64,000 nucleotides of DNA, from assembly GCF_006345805.1 (NCBI RefSeq), contig NC_043008.1, positions 53,196,001-53,260,000 of the forward strand, given 5' to 3'. The translations under genes were made by a program, and so were the position numbers. Numbering within the stretch: position 1 is the stretch's first letter; every line of letters starts with the position of its first letter. Shown here piece by piece: positions 1 to 13,095 of the stretch. Under the pieces are notes generated by a model. It made no database searches, was not told where the DNA came from, and saw only the letters and a list, made by a program, of their open reading frames with translations. The stretch comes from Octopus sinensis. Taxonomy: Eukaryota.

Positions 1-159
1 TCCACTCACTAAGCTTTGGTTGGCCCAAGGCTGTACCAGAAGACACTTACTCATGATGTCACACAGAGGGACTGAACCTGGAACCATATGGTAGTAAAGC
101 AAGTTTCTTACTACACAGCCTCACCTATGCCTTGAATGTTTTAATATAGATCTTTCATA

Positions 160-379
160 TGGCGGTGAGCTAGCAGAAACATTAGCATGCCAGGCAAAAT
201 CCTTAGCGATATTTCATCTGTCTTTACATTCTGAGTTCAAATTCTGCTGAGGTCGACTTTACCTTTCATCCTTTCGGGGTCAATAAATTAAGTATCAGTT
301 GCATACTGGGATCAATCAAATCGACTATCTCCCTTCCTCAAAATTTTGGGCCTTGTGCCTAGAGTAAAAAAAAAAAAAG
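160..379 (+). mobile_element. tRNA-derived SINE, family B, with 17-bp TSD and A tail
   Basis: Head ggcggtgagctagcag with B box gagttcaaatt; TSD aatatagatctttcata at 143-159 and 380-396. Confidence 0.9.
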
Positions 380-431
380 AATATAGATCTTTCATACTTC
401 TTGATAAAAAATCTACAAACTGCAGTTCCTT

Positions 432-720
432 CTCAAGCCAATCCTGGCTCATAGGGCCAGTTTCCCGGTTTCCTTGGCGTATAAGTTCCCCACTTGGATG
501 GGATGCCGGTCTGTTGCAGGTGAGCTGCAAGATGCAGGAGGAAAGAGTGAGAGAAAGTTGTGGTGAAAGAGTCAGCAGAAGTTCGCTATTACCTTCTGCC
601 AGAGCCACGTGGAGCCTAGGTGTTTCACTTATAAACGCACACATCGCCCAGTCTGAGATTCGAACCCATGATCCCTTGATCGTGAGTCCACTGCTCTAAC
701 CACTAGGCCATGTGCCTCCA
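432..720 (-). mobile_element. tRNA-derived SINE (family also at 22090-22404 and 35482-35743)
   Basis: Reverse-complement tRNA-like head (attcgaaccc...ctaaccactaggcc); homologous to the other two copies. Confidence 0.8.
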
Positions 721-1134
721 CACAAATTGTAATAGTGTGGTAAAATATCTAAGTATTTCAAGAATAACACTAACAACTAAACAACTGTCACCCAGTCATT
801 AAACAGGTCACAGATGTGTGGTGAAAATTGTGACACACCAAGAAATGTTTATTGTTTGTGAGAAGACAGGCTGTCTTCTGATTCTTCAGATAACCAGATA
901 TTATTTGGTCGGTGGGCAAAGAGTTTTACCATCTTTGTCTCCGATTCGCAGCAAAGATCTTTCTCTGTAATGACATTTTCTTTGTCGTCATCCTATCATA
1001 ACAGAAATCCAGATGTAGATAATTACATGTAACAGAGCCAATAATAAAACCTGATAGCTTTTTCTTTCTGTTTTTCCTGGTGATTGCGAAAACCATTTCA
1101 CTGACACACCTATGAAACAGATCGTTTCATATCA

Positions 1135-1273
1135 CTGTTATCATCATCATCCTCATCGTCGGCAGCAGCGGCAGCAGCAGCGGCAGCAGCAGCAGCAGCA
1201 GTAGTAACAGCAACAATAGCTTCATCATCATCATCATCATTTTCCTGTTCATCATCATTGTGATCCTCATCAC

Positions 1274-1306
<33 letters not shown>

Positions 1307-1372
1307 GTTTCACCACCACCACCACCTCATCATCATCATCATCATCATCTTCATTAACACTATGATTGTCAT
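1135..1372. repeat. Compound trinucleotide microsatellite (CAT/GCA/CAC)
   Basis: Direct reading. Confidence 0.95.
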
Positions 1373-2474
1373 CAGCAGCAACAGTTGCAGCCGTTCAAGA
1401 ATTTTTTCTTTTCCAAGGTCTGGGGTCTCCTGCCCCTAAGCCCTAGACCATCACCTAATTTACCCTTACCCGTCTTGTTGCTTAACAACAACAACAGGAA
1501 CAGTAGCATCCTCTTCTCCCTGATCATCCTCATCATTACCACCACCACCACTACCACTACTGCCACTGTCACCACCATTGTTTTATGAGGGTATTTTTCA
1601 TGTTAGCATAAGTTAGATTCATCCTCTTCACTTTTACACACACACACATAATTAATTAATGATTAAGCTAACATTGATCACATTGCATATTGAATCTTAG
1701 TCTCGACTTATATAGCTTCGTGTTTTACATTTTGCTTTTGGCATCGGAACCTCGCTTCCTCTCTATTTGCATGTGTGTGTGTATGTGTGTGTATTCACTA
1801 AGATTCAAATACAAACACATACATGCAAACAAACAGGCATAAACACAAACACACATGCTTACATGAAGCACTCAGATGATGTTTCACTATTCTGTATAAC
1901 TCATAACTGAAGTCTCTAGTGTCACACGGTACACATATATTTTTATATATATAATCAGTGAAGCACATTCACTGATTTTCAAAAATAGAAATGTTATCAC
2001 TTCTAAATCTCTCTAAACGAGAGATACAGCAACAGTACTGAGTATTGATATTTATTGCCAAACTAACATGGCAGTCCGTAGAGATAGGATGAAAGCTCCT
2101 GTTGATTAGCTGTGAGAGGCGGTCACCTCTAGCTAGCTATATGGTGCACGAAACGGCATCCATAAACCTTCAAACAGGGGAGGTCATCAACTTTCCTGTT
2201 TGAAGGTTTATGCATCCGCACACCGGTTTCAGGGTAGTTTCCCTTTATCAATGTGAAGCAGCCGAGTCCAGCACAGTTGGGTGTAGAGATTGTCTTAAAA
2301 TATTTGTGTTGATTACCAGATCTGCTATTCTGTTGTCTTCAATACCATTTTTCCTTGTCAGAATGGTGTTGCTTGAATGTACTTTTGAGGTGTTGTTTCA
2401 CTGCTGGATGCCTTTCCTGCTGTTTCCTTTAAACTGGTTCATCGAGGGAAGGATTTCATATTTCATATTTCATG

Positions 2475-2862
2475 TGATGATGACGACGATGATGACGATG
2501 ATGATGATGATGATGATGATGATAAAGATATTTCCACTACTGGCAGCGATGAAGAGGAGAAAAGTATGTTGATGCTGGTGGAGAGGATGGTGACAATCAT
2601 GATTGTGAATATATTCATGACAATGACGATGACGATGGCAATGACGGTGGTGGTGGTGGTGGTGGTGGTGGCGGTGGCAGTGATGGTGGTCGTCATCGTA
2701 GTAGTAGTGGTGGTGGCAGTGGTGGTTGTGGTGGTGGTGGTGGTTGTGGTGGTGGTGGTGGTGGTGGTGGTGGCAGTGATGGTGGTGGTCGTCGTCGTAG
2801 TAGTGGTGGTGGTGGTGGTGGTGGTGGCGGTGGCGGCGGCGGCAGTGATGACACTAGTCATC
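2475..2862. repeat. Compound (GAT)n/(GGT)n microsatellite
   Basis: Direct reading; source of poly-V/T/M ORFs. Confidence 0.95.
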
Positions 2863-3407
2863 ATATACAACATTTGTAATAAAAATATATTTAGTTGTGC
2901 CTAACAACCTCTCTCTGCATTAATGCGTTAACTATTACACACACACACACATATGAATGTGTGTGTCTGTATCTGTTTGTATGTATGCATATATGTAACT
3001 ATGTGCACATGTATGTATGTGCCTGTGTGCATGTGCGTGTCTGCGATAAAGCGTGTGTATATATAACTGTACATAATTCTAGCGACATTGATAAATTTAT
3101 GAAAATGCATAGCAAACCATTGTCCATATATTGATCTTGTGTTAAAAGATATCAGTTATAATATAATGTTAGAGTGTATTGTCATGCGATATTGTTCAAT
3201 ATTCTAGATTACAGCTAAGTGAAGCATGCGAAGGAATATCTTTCCTACATCCATTAAAAGCGTTGTCTCTGTTGCAACCAAATGCTAATTTGATGTTCGC
3301 TTGTTAAAGATGAATAACGAAGAAAAGAGTGCCAAACATTTAGCTATTGTTCGATTTAGCAGTTTTTATACACCGACTTTTATTTATTACAGTATTGTCT
3401 GTACAAG

Positions 3408-4360
3408 CTGTGATATAGGTTAAGACATAGACAGGAAACATTAGTCGTAACACTCTGACATAGGTTAAGACAAAAGCATTGAAGTGGTCATAAAGATATT
3501 GGCACAAGCATGAAATGTAGCGCTGTGATATAGGTTAAGACATAGACAGAAAACATTAGTCATAACACTCTGACATAGGTTAAGACAAAAGCATTGATGT
3601 AGTCGTAAAAATATTGGCACAAAATTAAGATGTAACACTGAGATATAGGTTAAGACATAGACAGAAAACATTAGGCATATGACATTGTGATATAGGTTAA
3701 GACAAAAGCATTGATGTAGTCGTAAAAATGTTGGCACAAAATTAAGATCTTGCACTGTGATATAGGTTAAGACATAGAAAACATTAGTCGTAACACTCTG
3801 ACATAGGTTAAGACAAAAGCATTGATGTAGTCATAAAAATATTGGCACAAACATAAAATGTAACACTGTGATATAGGTTAAGGCATAGACAGAAAATATT
3901 AGTCATAACACTCTGACATAGGTTAAGACAAAAGCATTGAAGTGGTCATAAAGATATTGGCACAAGCATAAAATGTAATACTGTGATATAGATTAAGTCA
4001 TAGACAGAAAACATTAGTCGTAACACTCTGACATAGGTAAAGACAAAAGAATTGATGTAGTCATAAAAATATTGGCACAAACATAAGATGTAACACTGTT
4101 ATATAGGTTAAGACATAGGCAGAAAACATTAAGCATATGACATTGTGATATAGGTTAAGACAAAAGCATAGATGTAGTCATAGAGATATAAAGCATAGAC
4201 CTAAGATGTAACACTGTGATATAGGTTTAGGACATAACAAAACGTTAGACATAACACTCTGACATAGGTTAAGACAAAAGCATTGATATAGTCATAAAAA
4301 TATCAGCATGTTATAAGATATAAGACTGTGATATAGGTTAAGACATAGATAGAAAATTGA
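3408..4360. repeat. Tandem satellite, about 115-bp unit x 8.3, each unit made of two sub-repeats sharing ga(t/c)ataggttaagaca
   Basis: Unit starts at 3408, 3523, 3638, 3755, 3866, 3981, 4096, 4214, 4326. Confidence 0.95.
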
Positions 4361-4904
4361 GATAGAAATATAGAGTAATTTTTACATAACCAAGTTCTTG
4401 ATAAAATCTATGACAGTTTATGGTATAAATATATAAATATAAAACATTTAATTATCTCCCTCACACATATGCCATCTATCACTGGGTGCATACGTGTATG
4501 TATATGTATGTATACGTTCATATATGTAAGTATTCGTATTTATATATATATATATATATATATATTTGTATTCATGTGCTATGTATATTCCACTGAAGAG
4601 GCAAAGCATTTCTTATGCAAAGCCAGAAATCCAGGATCTGGAATTATCCAGTAATTTTTTTGCTTGTTTATTTTGTCCTTTTGTCTTCTCTCCTGGTGGT
4701 GTATGAACTTTTAATGTGGTTTTAGAGTCAAGTTTTGGCTGCTATTTCTAGCGTGGTGGTATCTCTCAGATACCTTAAATTATAATTTTAATAATTATTA
4801 TTACCTTTGAAGGTTTTTATTCCCAAGCTGGCCACTTGATAAGATCGGTATTTAAATAACGATCTTATCCTTATTTATATAATTTATATAAATATATATA
4901 TATA

Positions 4905-5317
4905 GGCGCAGGAGTGGCTGTGTGGTAAGTAGCTTGCTTACCAACCACATGGTTCTGGGTTCAGTCCCACTGCGTGGCACCTTGGGCAAGTGTCTTCTAC
5001 TATAGCTTCAGGCCGACCAAAGCCTTGTGAGTGGATTTGGTAGGCGGAAACTGAAAGAAGCCCGTCGTATGTATATATATATATAATATAATATATTATA
5101 TATATATACGTGCGTGTGTGTTTGTGTGTCTGTGTTTGTCCTGATGCTGGTGTGTTTATGTCCCCGTCACTTAGCAGTTCGGCAAAAGAGACCGATAGAA
5201 TAAGTACTGGGCTTCCAAAGAATAAGTCCCGGGGTCGAGTTGCTCGATTAAAGGCGGTGCTCCAGCATGGCCGCAGTCAAATGACTGAAACAAGTAAAAG
5301 AGTAAAAGAATAAAAGA

Positions 5318-5318
<1 letters not shown>
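4905..5318 (+). mobile_element. tRNA-derived bipartite SINE, family A (head, (TA/TG)n linker, 3' module, (GAGTAAAA)n tail)
   Basis: A box tggctgtgtggtaag, B box gggttcagtccc, CORE-like ccttgggcaagt; more than 12 copies in the window. Confidence 0.9.
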
Positions 5319-5351
<33 letters not shown>

Positions 5352-5688
5352 ATATGGTGGCCTTCCACACTGTTTCCATCATCAAATTCACTCACAATGT
5401 GTTTATTGTTATGGCACTGTTATTAGAAGACACTTGCCCAAGTTGCAATGCAGTGGGGATGAACCTGAAGCCAAATGGTTACAAAGCAAGCTTTTTTATC
5501 ACATAGCTATGCTTGTGCCTGATTCCAAAACATTAATAAGCAGGAACCTAATCTGGATTATTGAAATAAAACCATAACTAATTCTGTGGTTTAACTTAAT
5601 TATTTAATCATATCTTGATCTGTGTTGAATCCTCGTCATTGCATGTTGAAAGCAGTTTATGCATGAAGTGTGAGTGTGTGTGAGAGAG

Positions 5689-5738
<50 letters not shown>

Positions 5739-5894
5739 ACGTCTGTCATGGTTAGTCAACTTCGTCAATCATCTAGCATGCAATTACAGTCTTAATTTAT
5801 TATCATAATTTGTGACAACCTTTCAACGGAAAAGTTTGATCTCTATAAAACCGTAAATGTTGCTAATATTTTATAAATATTTCTAGTTTTTATT

Positions 5895-5954
5895 TCGTAT
5901 ATATATATATATCTATATATATATATATATATATTCATATATATATATATATAT

Positions 5955-5997
<43 letters not shown>

Positions 5998-6066
5998 ATA
6001 TATTATATATATATATATTATCTATATATATATATATATATAATATATAATATATATATTCATATA

Positions 6067-6147
<81 letters not shown>

Positions 6148-6185
6148 ATACATATATATACATATAAACATATATATATATATAT
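5895..6185. repeat. (TA)n-rich microsatellite
   Basis: Direct reading. Confidence 0.95.
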
Positions 6186-6945
6186 CTGTAAATGTAATAT
6201 GTGACAACTATTCCTTTTTCTCCCCGCTTCTTCCTTTCTTTCTTTCCCCCTCCTCCTCCACTTCCTTTCTTTCCCCCTCCTCCTCCACTTCCTTTCTTTC
6301 CCCTCCTCCTCCACTTCCTTCTCCTCCTCCCCTGATGATAACTTTGTCAATATTAAGGCGGAGTCTGGAATAAATTAACTGAAATTTCTATGGAGGGTCA
6401 ATAATTAAATCACTTCAAAAAACAAGAAGTTTGTCACACGGGACCAGAGAGAGAAAGACAGCCTCGGTCTCGGTTGAGCTGGTATTAAAAACGGACTAAT
6501 GACTAGATGCACCAAAGGCTAACGACCAGAAGCACTCCAATTTTACTGAATAATCACACTACACACTCCCTATTATGCAGTCTCCAATGACTTACTATTT
6601 GAGGACCAGTGTGGCATTACTAGAATATTCCAGTTCTTCTAGTGTCCAGTTCTATTTCACTGTATACTTCTAAATTCTGGAGAAAGCCCAAGAAGAGACC
6701 TAGATGAAACAAACTCAGTCAGAGTGTTACTTTCTTTGTTCTTCTGGAGTTTATTTCTGATCATGTATTAAGCTTTTATACACGAGTTGCTGTGTGGTAA
6801 GTAGCTTGCTTACAAACCACATGGTTCCAAGTTCAGTCCCACTGCATGGCGCCATAGGCAAGTGTCTTCTACTATAGCCTCGGTCCAACCAAAGCCTTGT
6901 GAGTGGATTTGGTAGACGGAAACTGAAAGAAACCCATCACCGCGT

Positions 6946-7144
6946 GTGTACCATTGGCGATTTTTTTTCCTCTGTCTTCCCTTCTCTGGATCTTTCCCTC
7001 TCCTATGTTTCCGACGAAGAGCTCCGCTCGAAACGTTAAACCCTCCTTCTTTCCTTCTTTCCTGAGCGTCCAATAATACTATATTTGTTCCACGTCCTCA
7101 CGTTGTTGTGTTTTTTTTTTGTGCTTTCATGTTTGGATTAACTG
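6946..7144 (+). mobile_element. Hammerhead-bearing short element, family H1 (Penelope pLTR-like or retrozyme-like)
   Basis: Homologous over its length to 45947-46133; contains a minimal hammerhead fold. Confidence 0.75.
7007..7041 (+). ncRNA. Minimal type I hammerhead ribozyme-like motif (core mutated to CCGACGA)
   Basis: gttt-CCGACGA-a-gagc(tcc)gctc-GAAAC-GTT-aaac; stems I and II pair; palindromic aacgtt stem III. Confidence 0.7.
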
Positions 7145-7839
7145 TATATATATTTGTATGGGTGTGTATATGTTTGTGTGTCTGTGTTGTCCCCCCCCCC
7201 AACATCGCTTGACATCCGATGCTGGTGTGTTTACGTCCCCGTAACTTAGCGGTTCAGCAAAAGAGACCGATAGAATAAGTACTAGACTTACAAAGAATAA
7301 GTCCCGGGTGGTCGATTTGCTCCACTAACGATGGTGCTCCAGCATGGCCGCAGTCAAATGACTGAAACAAGTAAAAGAGCAAAAGAGTAACAGAGTGGTT
7401 GACTTAAGCGAATTCATAATGGCGTATTTCTTTGTTAGGGTCGAGTCAGAGAAACGGCGGAGTGTTCAGATTGACTTGTATTGGAATACATGTTAATGTG
7501 ATAAATAATATAACATAATATACATTAATATATGCTGATATGATATGATATAAGTTCATATAATATGGAAAAAGAAAAAAAAAATTAAAATTCTACCTTG
7601 TTTCTTTAATTTGTAATTTTTTTTTATGCTGGCGTGTGTCAAATTACATTTTTTTCTTAAAAATTGAACATATGCATGGAGTTTTGCGATACGAACGTTC
7701 TTGAATAATGTTCTCTTAAAAGGTTATATCTATTTGGATATGTTCAATTATACTTTTATGATATGTGTGTGTGTGTGTGTGTGTGTATCAATATCCCTCT
7801 CTATCTGTCTGACTGTCTGTGTGTGTCTCTCTCTCTATA

Positions 7840-7927
7840 TATATATATTTATATATATACATACACACATATATATATACACATACATACATGTATATAT
7901 ATATACATATAAATATATATATACATG

Positions 7928-8005
<78 letters not shown>

Positions 8006-8090
8006 CATATATATATATATATATATAAAATATATATATAAATATATATATATATATATTATATATATATATATATATAGATATATATAC

Positions 8091-8164
<74 letters not shown>

Positions 8165-8185
8165 TATATACATATATATATATAA
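7840..8185. repeat. (TA)n/(CATA)n microsatellite
   Basis: Direct reading. Confidence 0.95.
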
Positions 8186-10210
8186 AATGTTATAGATTCA
8201 TAATTTTAAAAACAGAAATAATATCTCATCAAATGCTGTTGTTGTTATTGTTGTTGTTTTTGGTGGTGATGGCAGTGATGGTGGTGGTGGTGGTACTGCT
8301 GCTGCTTCTGCTGCTGCTTCTGCTGCTGCTGGTGATGGTGATGGTGATGGTAGTGATAGGTAGTGTTGGTGGTGGGTGGTGGTGATGCTGGTAGAGGCAG
8401 CTTTGGCGTTGTTGGCTCTTAGCCCCACTGCGAACTTGATCGAGTAAACCTACAACCAAAGATATTTCGATATTCCAACCATGATCATCATGCCTTTCTC
8501 TTTGGCAGGATAGGGTGGAGTGGCAGAGTGGGAGAGTTATAGAACTGCATTATCTAATGCACCCTTTCTTTATTGAAGACACTTTGAGTGTAACATGAAG
8601 GAGACTCAGTTGCTATTTCTAGCAAAATTTAAAACCACATGCAGCGGTCACGAGCAACCCTTGTCATGAAGCGTGCCACATGAGACATAACTCATCACCA
8701 AGCAGATCACACTACTAGAAAACTGAAGGTAATCTTTCATTAGACATGCCATTCAGAGTGTCCCACGGGCCACAGTTTGCCTACGACTCACAGAGCTTCT
8801 TTCATTGGTTCATAAATTCTCTGTGCTGCATTAATATGAAGAATTATTCAGACAGAGATAAGTTTTATTGTATAATCTCTGTAATATGTTACAAACAACT
8901 GGGGGAAGATATAAACGGTATATTTATCTGAAAAATATGATTCGGGAAAATCAATAAAATAATTCTCTTAATATTAGATTCTTGTTCAATAGGAACTCGG
9001 TAGAATTGTTACTGTACAAGGATAAATGCTTAGCGACATTTCTTCCGGCTTTCCGTTCTGAGTTCAAATGGCACCAAGGTCGACTTAGTTGGTCATCTTT
9101 TTAGGGTTAATAAAATAAGTACCATTTGGACACTGGAGTCAATGTAATTGGCATAACCCCTCTGCCCGAAACTGCTGGCCTTAAACCAAAAATTTTAAAC
9201 CGATATTAGATTCCTGTTCAAGACGATGAGCTGACAGAATCGTTACACTGCCAGGCAAACTGGTTGGCAGCATTTCTTTGTAGTTCCTGTTCTGAGTTCA
9301 AATATCATTTTGGGGTCAATTATAATTGAGAGATGTTCCCTCCCCTGTGATTGCTGGCCTTGTGCCAAAATTTGAAATCAATTTTAGATTCCTGTTATGT
9401 ATATGAGGAATAGTGGAATCAAAAGACCTTCTTGCAGTATGCCATGTAGTATTTAGTGACGATAATGATGATGATGATGATGATGACGATGACAATGATC
9501 ATGATGATGATGACGACGACAATGATGATGATGATGATGATGATGACGACAAGGATGATGATGATGATGATGATGAGTGTGATGTGGTGGTGATGTTGTA
9601 ATCACCCATCAGTCCATCTATCTTTGTAGCCCTCTAACTCCTGTGGGATTTGTGGGTGGTGATGGTGGTGGTGGTGGTGGAGCAGAGACCTCAGGCATGC
9701 CCCCACCAGTGGGTCACATCAGAAGCAACTGTCAGCAAAATGGTCTGGCTGGATCCCCAAGGGAGACCACCAAAATGGCTTCACCGCCAGCGTTAAGGGT
9801 GAGCTGGGATGTGAGGCAGGAATGGCAATTGGTGTTGTCAGCGATGGAAACAAGAGTTCTCTCAAGGAAGCCTCCTCTGGACACTTTGCCTCTCCGTGAA
9901 ATCACACTGAAACCACACTGAAGCATCTGGAGACGCTCAAGTTCATGTAAGGAAGGACACATTGGATAATTCAGACATAGGTATACAAAATGTGGAGACT
10001 GTCACAAACAGAATACTTTTGATTACAGGTTTTCTTGATCAGAGCCGACCAGGGGCTAAACAATGATAACAGCAATTGTGGTCACATGATTCATCGATTT
10101 CTCTGCAGTCTTTTCGCCAGAGTCTTTAATTTGTTTGAAGTAACTTGGTTAAGTTCCTGCTGGAGATTTTTTGCTTTTCGTTACAGGCACTTGAGCCCAG
10201 TGATAGTAGG

Positions 10211-10593
10211 GTGCTAATAGCACCATCCAAGCCTGATTGTTGCCAGAGCAGCTAACTGGCTTCTGTGCCAGTGGCATGTAAAAAGCACCATTCGAGCATG
10301 ATCATTACCAGCATCACCTTACTGGCACCTGTGCCGGTGGTATGCGCAAAAAGATTCAAGCGAGGTCGTTGCCAGTACCGCCTGACTGTTCCTTGTGCCG
10401 GTGGCACGTAAAAGCACCCACTATACTCTCGGAGTGGTTAGCATTAGGAAGGGCATCTAGCTGTAGAAACTCTGCCAGATCAAGATTGGATCCTGGTGCA
10501 GCCATCTGGTTCGCCAACCCTCAGTCAAATCGTCCAACCCATGCTAGCATGGAAAACAGATGTTAACTGATGATGATGATGATGATGATGATG
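10211..10593 (+). mobile_element. (ATG)n-tailed retroposon, family D (also 43361-43670, with tail fragments elsewhere)
   Basis: Shared ttaggaagggcatc(c/t)agctgtag module and an ATG-repeat tail; homologous copies. Confidence 0.75.
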
Positions 10594-11524
10594 TTGTCAG
10601 ACAAAAAGAATGCCTGATAAACAGTTGTTAAGAAACTGGAGGCAATCTGGTTTCTAATCTCGCAGATATAACATCATCTGAAACCATTTCTTCGCAAATG
10701 CATGGAATATTCTAAAAAAGAATTTCAGCATTTATTAAATCAAGCAAATTATTGAGCTTTATTTATTTGGCAAAGAACTAAAACATCTCAGGTAGTATTT
10801 CCTTCACAAATTCAATTATAATTCAATTATAGGTAGAAACTTGAAAACGTTTGCAAATTTTACTATTTTCTTTTCTCTTTGACTTCCAAAGTATTCTTCA
10901 TTTAATAAATTAAGTGTAAATGTACTAAAGTAAAAGTTTTTCAAAAATTTTACAAATATTTCCAAGACTAAAATTTTTCTACTCCCTCTTTCGTTTAGTT
11001 TTATCTGATTAGTTTGGAGTGTAATCAAATTATTTTTAATTGAGCGAAGAAAGAGTAACGTTCCTTTCTAAACTGATATAAAAGTATCAGAGATACAATG
11101 AAACGATTATACCAAACAAAAACGAAACCAGGATAACGATATCATCCAAATTAGCTCCAAATGTTTCTGGTATTACTCCTTTTAAGTCTTGCGAAATTTC
11201 AATGAAAATCATGAAAATCTGATCAAAAATAAATTACTTTCAGCAAAGAATTAATTCTTGAAAAATGTAAATTATTGATTACTTCAGTCAACAGATGATT
11301 GCTTTTAATTAATGCAGAGAATTTAACATGTCGTTAGAAAGCTTCGTATGTATGGTGTGTATTTGGATTGATCTGTGATAAGAATCGTTTTGAAAATAAG
11401 GATGTAGCCTTTGCTTAGTATCCTCACCATTTAACTACGTTCCATATCTTAGAATACACATCGAAATTGAATTTTTAAATGATTAAGTGGCTATGTGGTA
11501 TCAATAAAATTTTGATTTCATCGT

Positions 11525-11940
11525 TTTAGTATCAATAAAGTTAGTACCAGTTGAACACTGTTACTAACTTTATTGATACCAAAACAATGAAATGTCAAGT
11601 CAACCTCTGCAGAACTTGAACTCAGAAGGTAGAAATGCCGCTAAGCATTTTGCCTGGAATGTTAATGATTCTGCCAGGTAGCCACCTTTGAAAAATGGTA
11701 AATACTATCATGAAGAAGAAAATGGCAAGATGGCAGAATCGTTAGCACACTGGACAACATCGCTTAGTAGCAGTTTGTGCATCTTTGCATTCAGGGTTCA
11801 GATTCCACCAAGGTTGACTTTCTCTTTCAATCTTTCGGGGTTGATGAAATAAGTACCAGTTGAACTCTAGGTTTAACAGGATCAACTTACCCCACCCCCT
11901 ACTCTGAAATTGCCGGCCTTGTGCCAAAATTTGAAATTGA
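11525..11940. mobile_element. Head-to-head pair of family B SINEs (- at about 11525-11685, + at about 11723-11940)
   Basis: Family B consensus motifs on opposite strands. Confidence 0.7.
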
Positions 11941-12029
11941 CTTTATCATGGAGCCTGGTACAGACTTCTGGCTTCCCAGATCCCCGGTCGAACCGTCCAA
12001 CCCATGCTAGCATGGAGAACGGACGTTAA

Positions 12030-12061
<32 letters not shown>

Positions 12062-12779
12062 GAAGAAGTTTTGAGCCTAAAGAACATCAAAAAATTGGTA
12101 ATTATGTTTGTCATTTGGTGAGCTGATGTACCCTTGAAGTGGCGGAATGGAGGTGATCTAATTAATTATCACCCCACCCCCGTTTCATTCCACGTGTGAC
12201 CACGCACCAATATGGAAATCAATATTCTATTTAGAAGAACTGCCCTAATTAATATGATAATATTTTGTTTTAATGAAATATAGCACGTGTGATTGCTACT
12301 GTTTGTTGCCATAGAAACTGAAGAGTTAGTGATGATGATGATGATGTCAGAAATAAGATTTTTTTAAACTGAAGTTGTAAATCCCAACAGGAATATGAAG
12401 TGATCATAATCTTAATTCATAAATGTGTGTGCATTTATTGAATAATGAACCCAGCCATAGAAACTATGCCGAAGCAGACACAACTTCTCCGGCTTTTCAG
12501 CTACTGTTCAATTGTCCAGCATAGAAAAATGGATGTTAAATGATGATGATGGTGATCATAATAAAGACGATGTTCATATATGCATGTGTGTGTGTGTGTG
12601 TGTGTGCATGTGTCTGTGTGTGTGTGTGTATCTATATGTCTGTATCTATCTATCTATCTACTTGTCTGTCTGTCTATCTGACTGTCTGTCTATATATCTG
12701 TTTATCTATCTATCTGTCTGCCCCTCCATCCATCTGTCTTTACATCTGTTTGTTCATTTGTCTGTCTGTCCATCTCTCT

Positions 12780-13095
12780 GTATGTATGTAGGTATGAATG
12801 TAGTGTATGTAAGCATCTCTCTGCATGTAAGTATGTATGCATGTATGCATGCCTGCATGCATGTATGCATGCATGCATGCATGTATGTATGTATGCATGT
12901 ATGTATGCATGCATGTATGTATGTAGTATGTATGTATGTATGTATGCATGTATGCCTGCATGCATGCATGCATGTATGTATGCATGCATGTATGTATGTA
13001 TGTATGTATGTATGTATGCATGCCTGCCTGCATGCATGCATGTATGTATGCATGCAGGCATGCATGTATGTATGTATGTATGTATGTATGTATGA
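12780..13095. repeat. (TATG/CATG)n tetranucleotide array
   Basis: Direct reading. Confidence 0.95.

Larger units (their letters stand above)
6781..7390 (+). mobile_element. SINE family A copy interrupted in its linker by a hammerhead-bearing element
   Basis: Head 6781-6935 and 3' module 7150-7390 flank a foreign insert of about 200 bp. Confidence 0.85.

Noticed and set aside
2099-2160. CUGUUGA...GAAAC resembling the H2 hammerhead core
   Set aside because: No stem II closes between the core and GAAA, and no stem I partner was found.
3408-4360. CRISPR-like look of the recurring 16-bp core
   Set aside because: The spacers are themselves repeated, the context is a eukaryotic intron and there are no cas genes; it is a satellite.
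9640-10060. GC-richer block with an IGIQNVET peptide resembling a LINE APE start
   Set aside because: The similarity is too short and interrupted by stops; probably an old repeat, but unclassifiable by eye.
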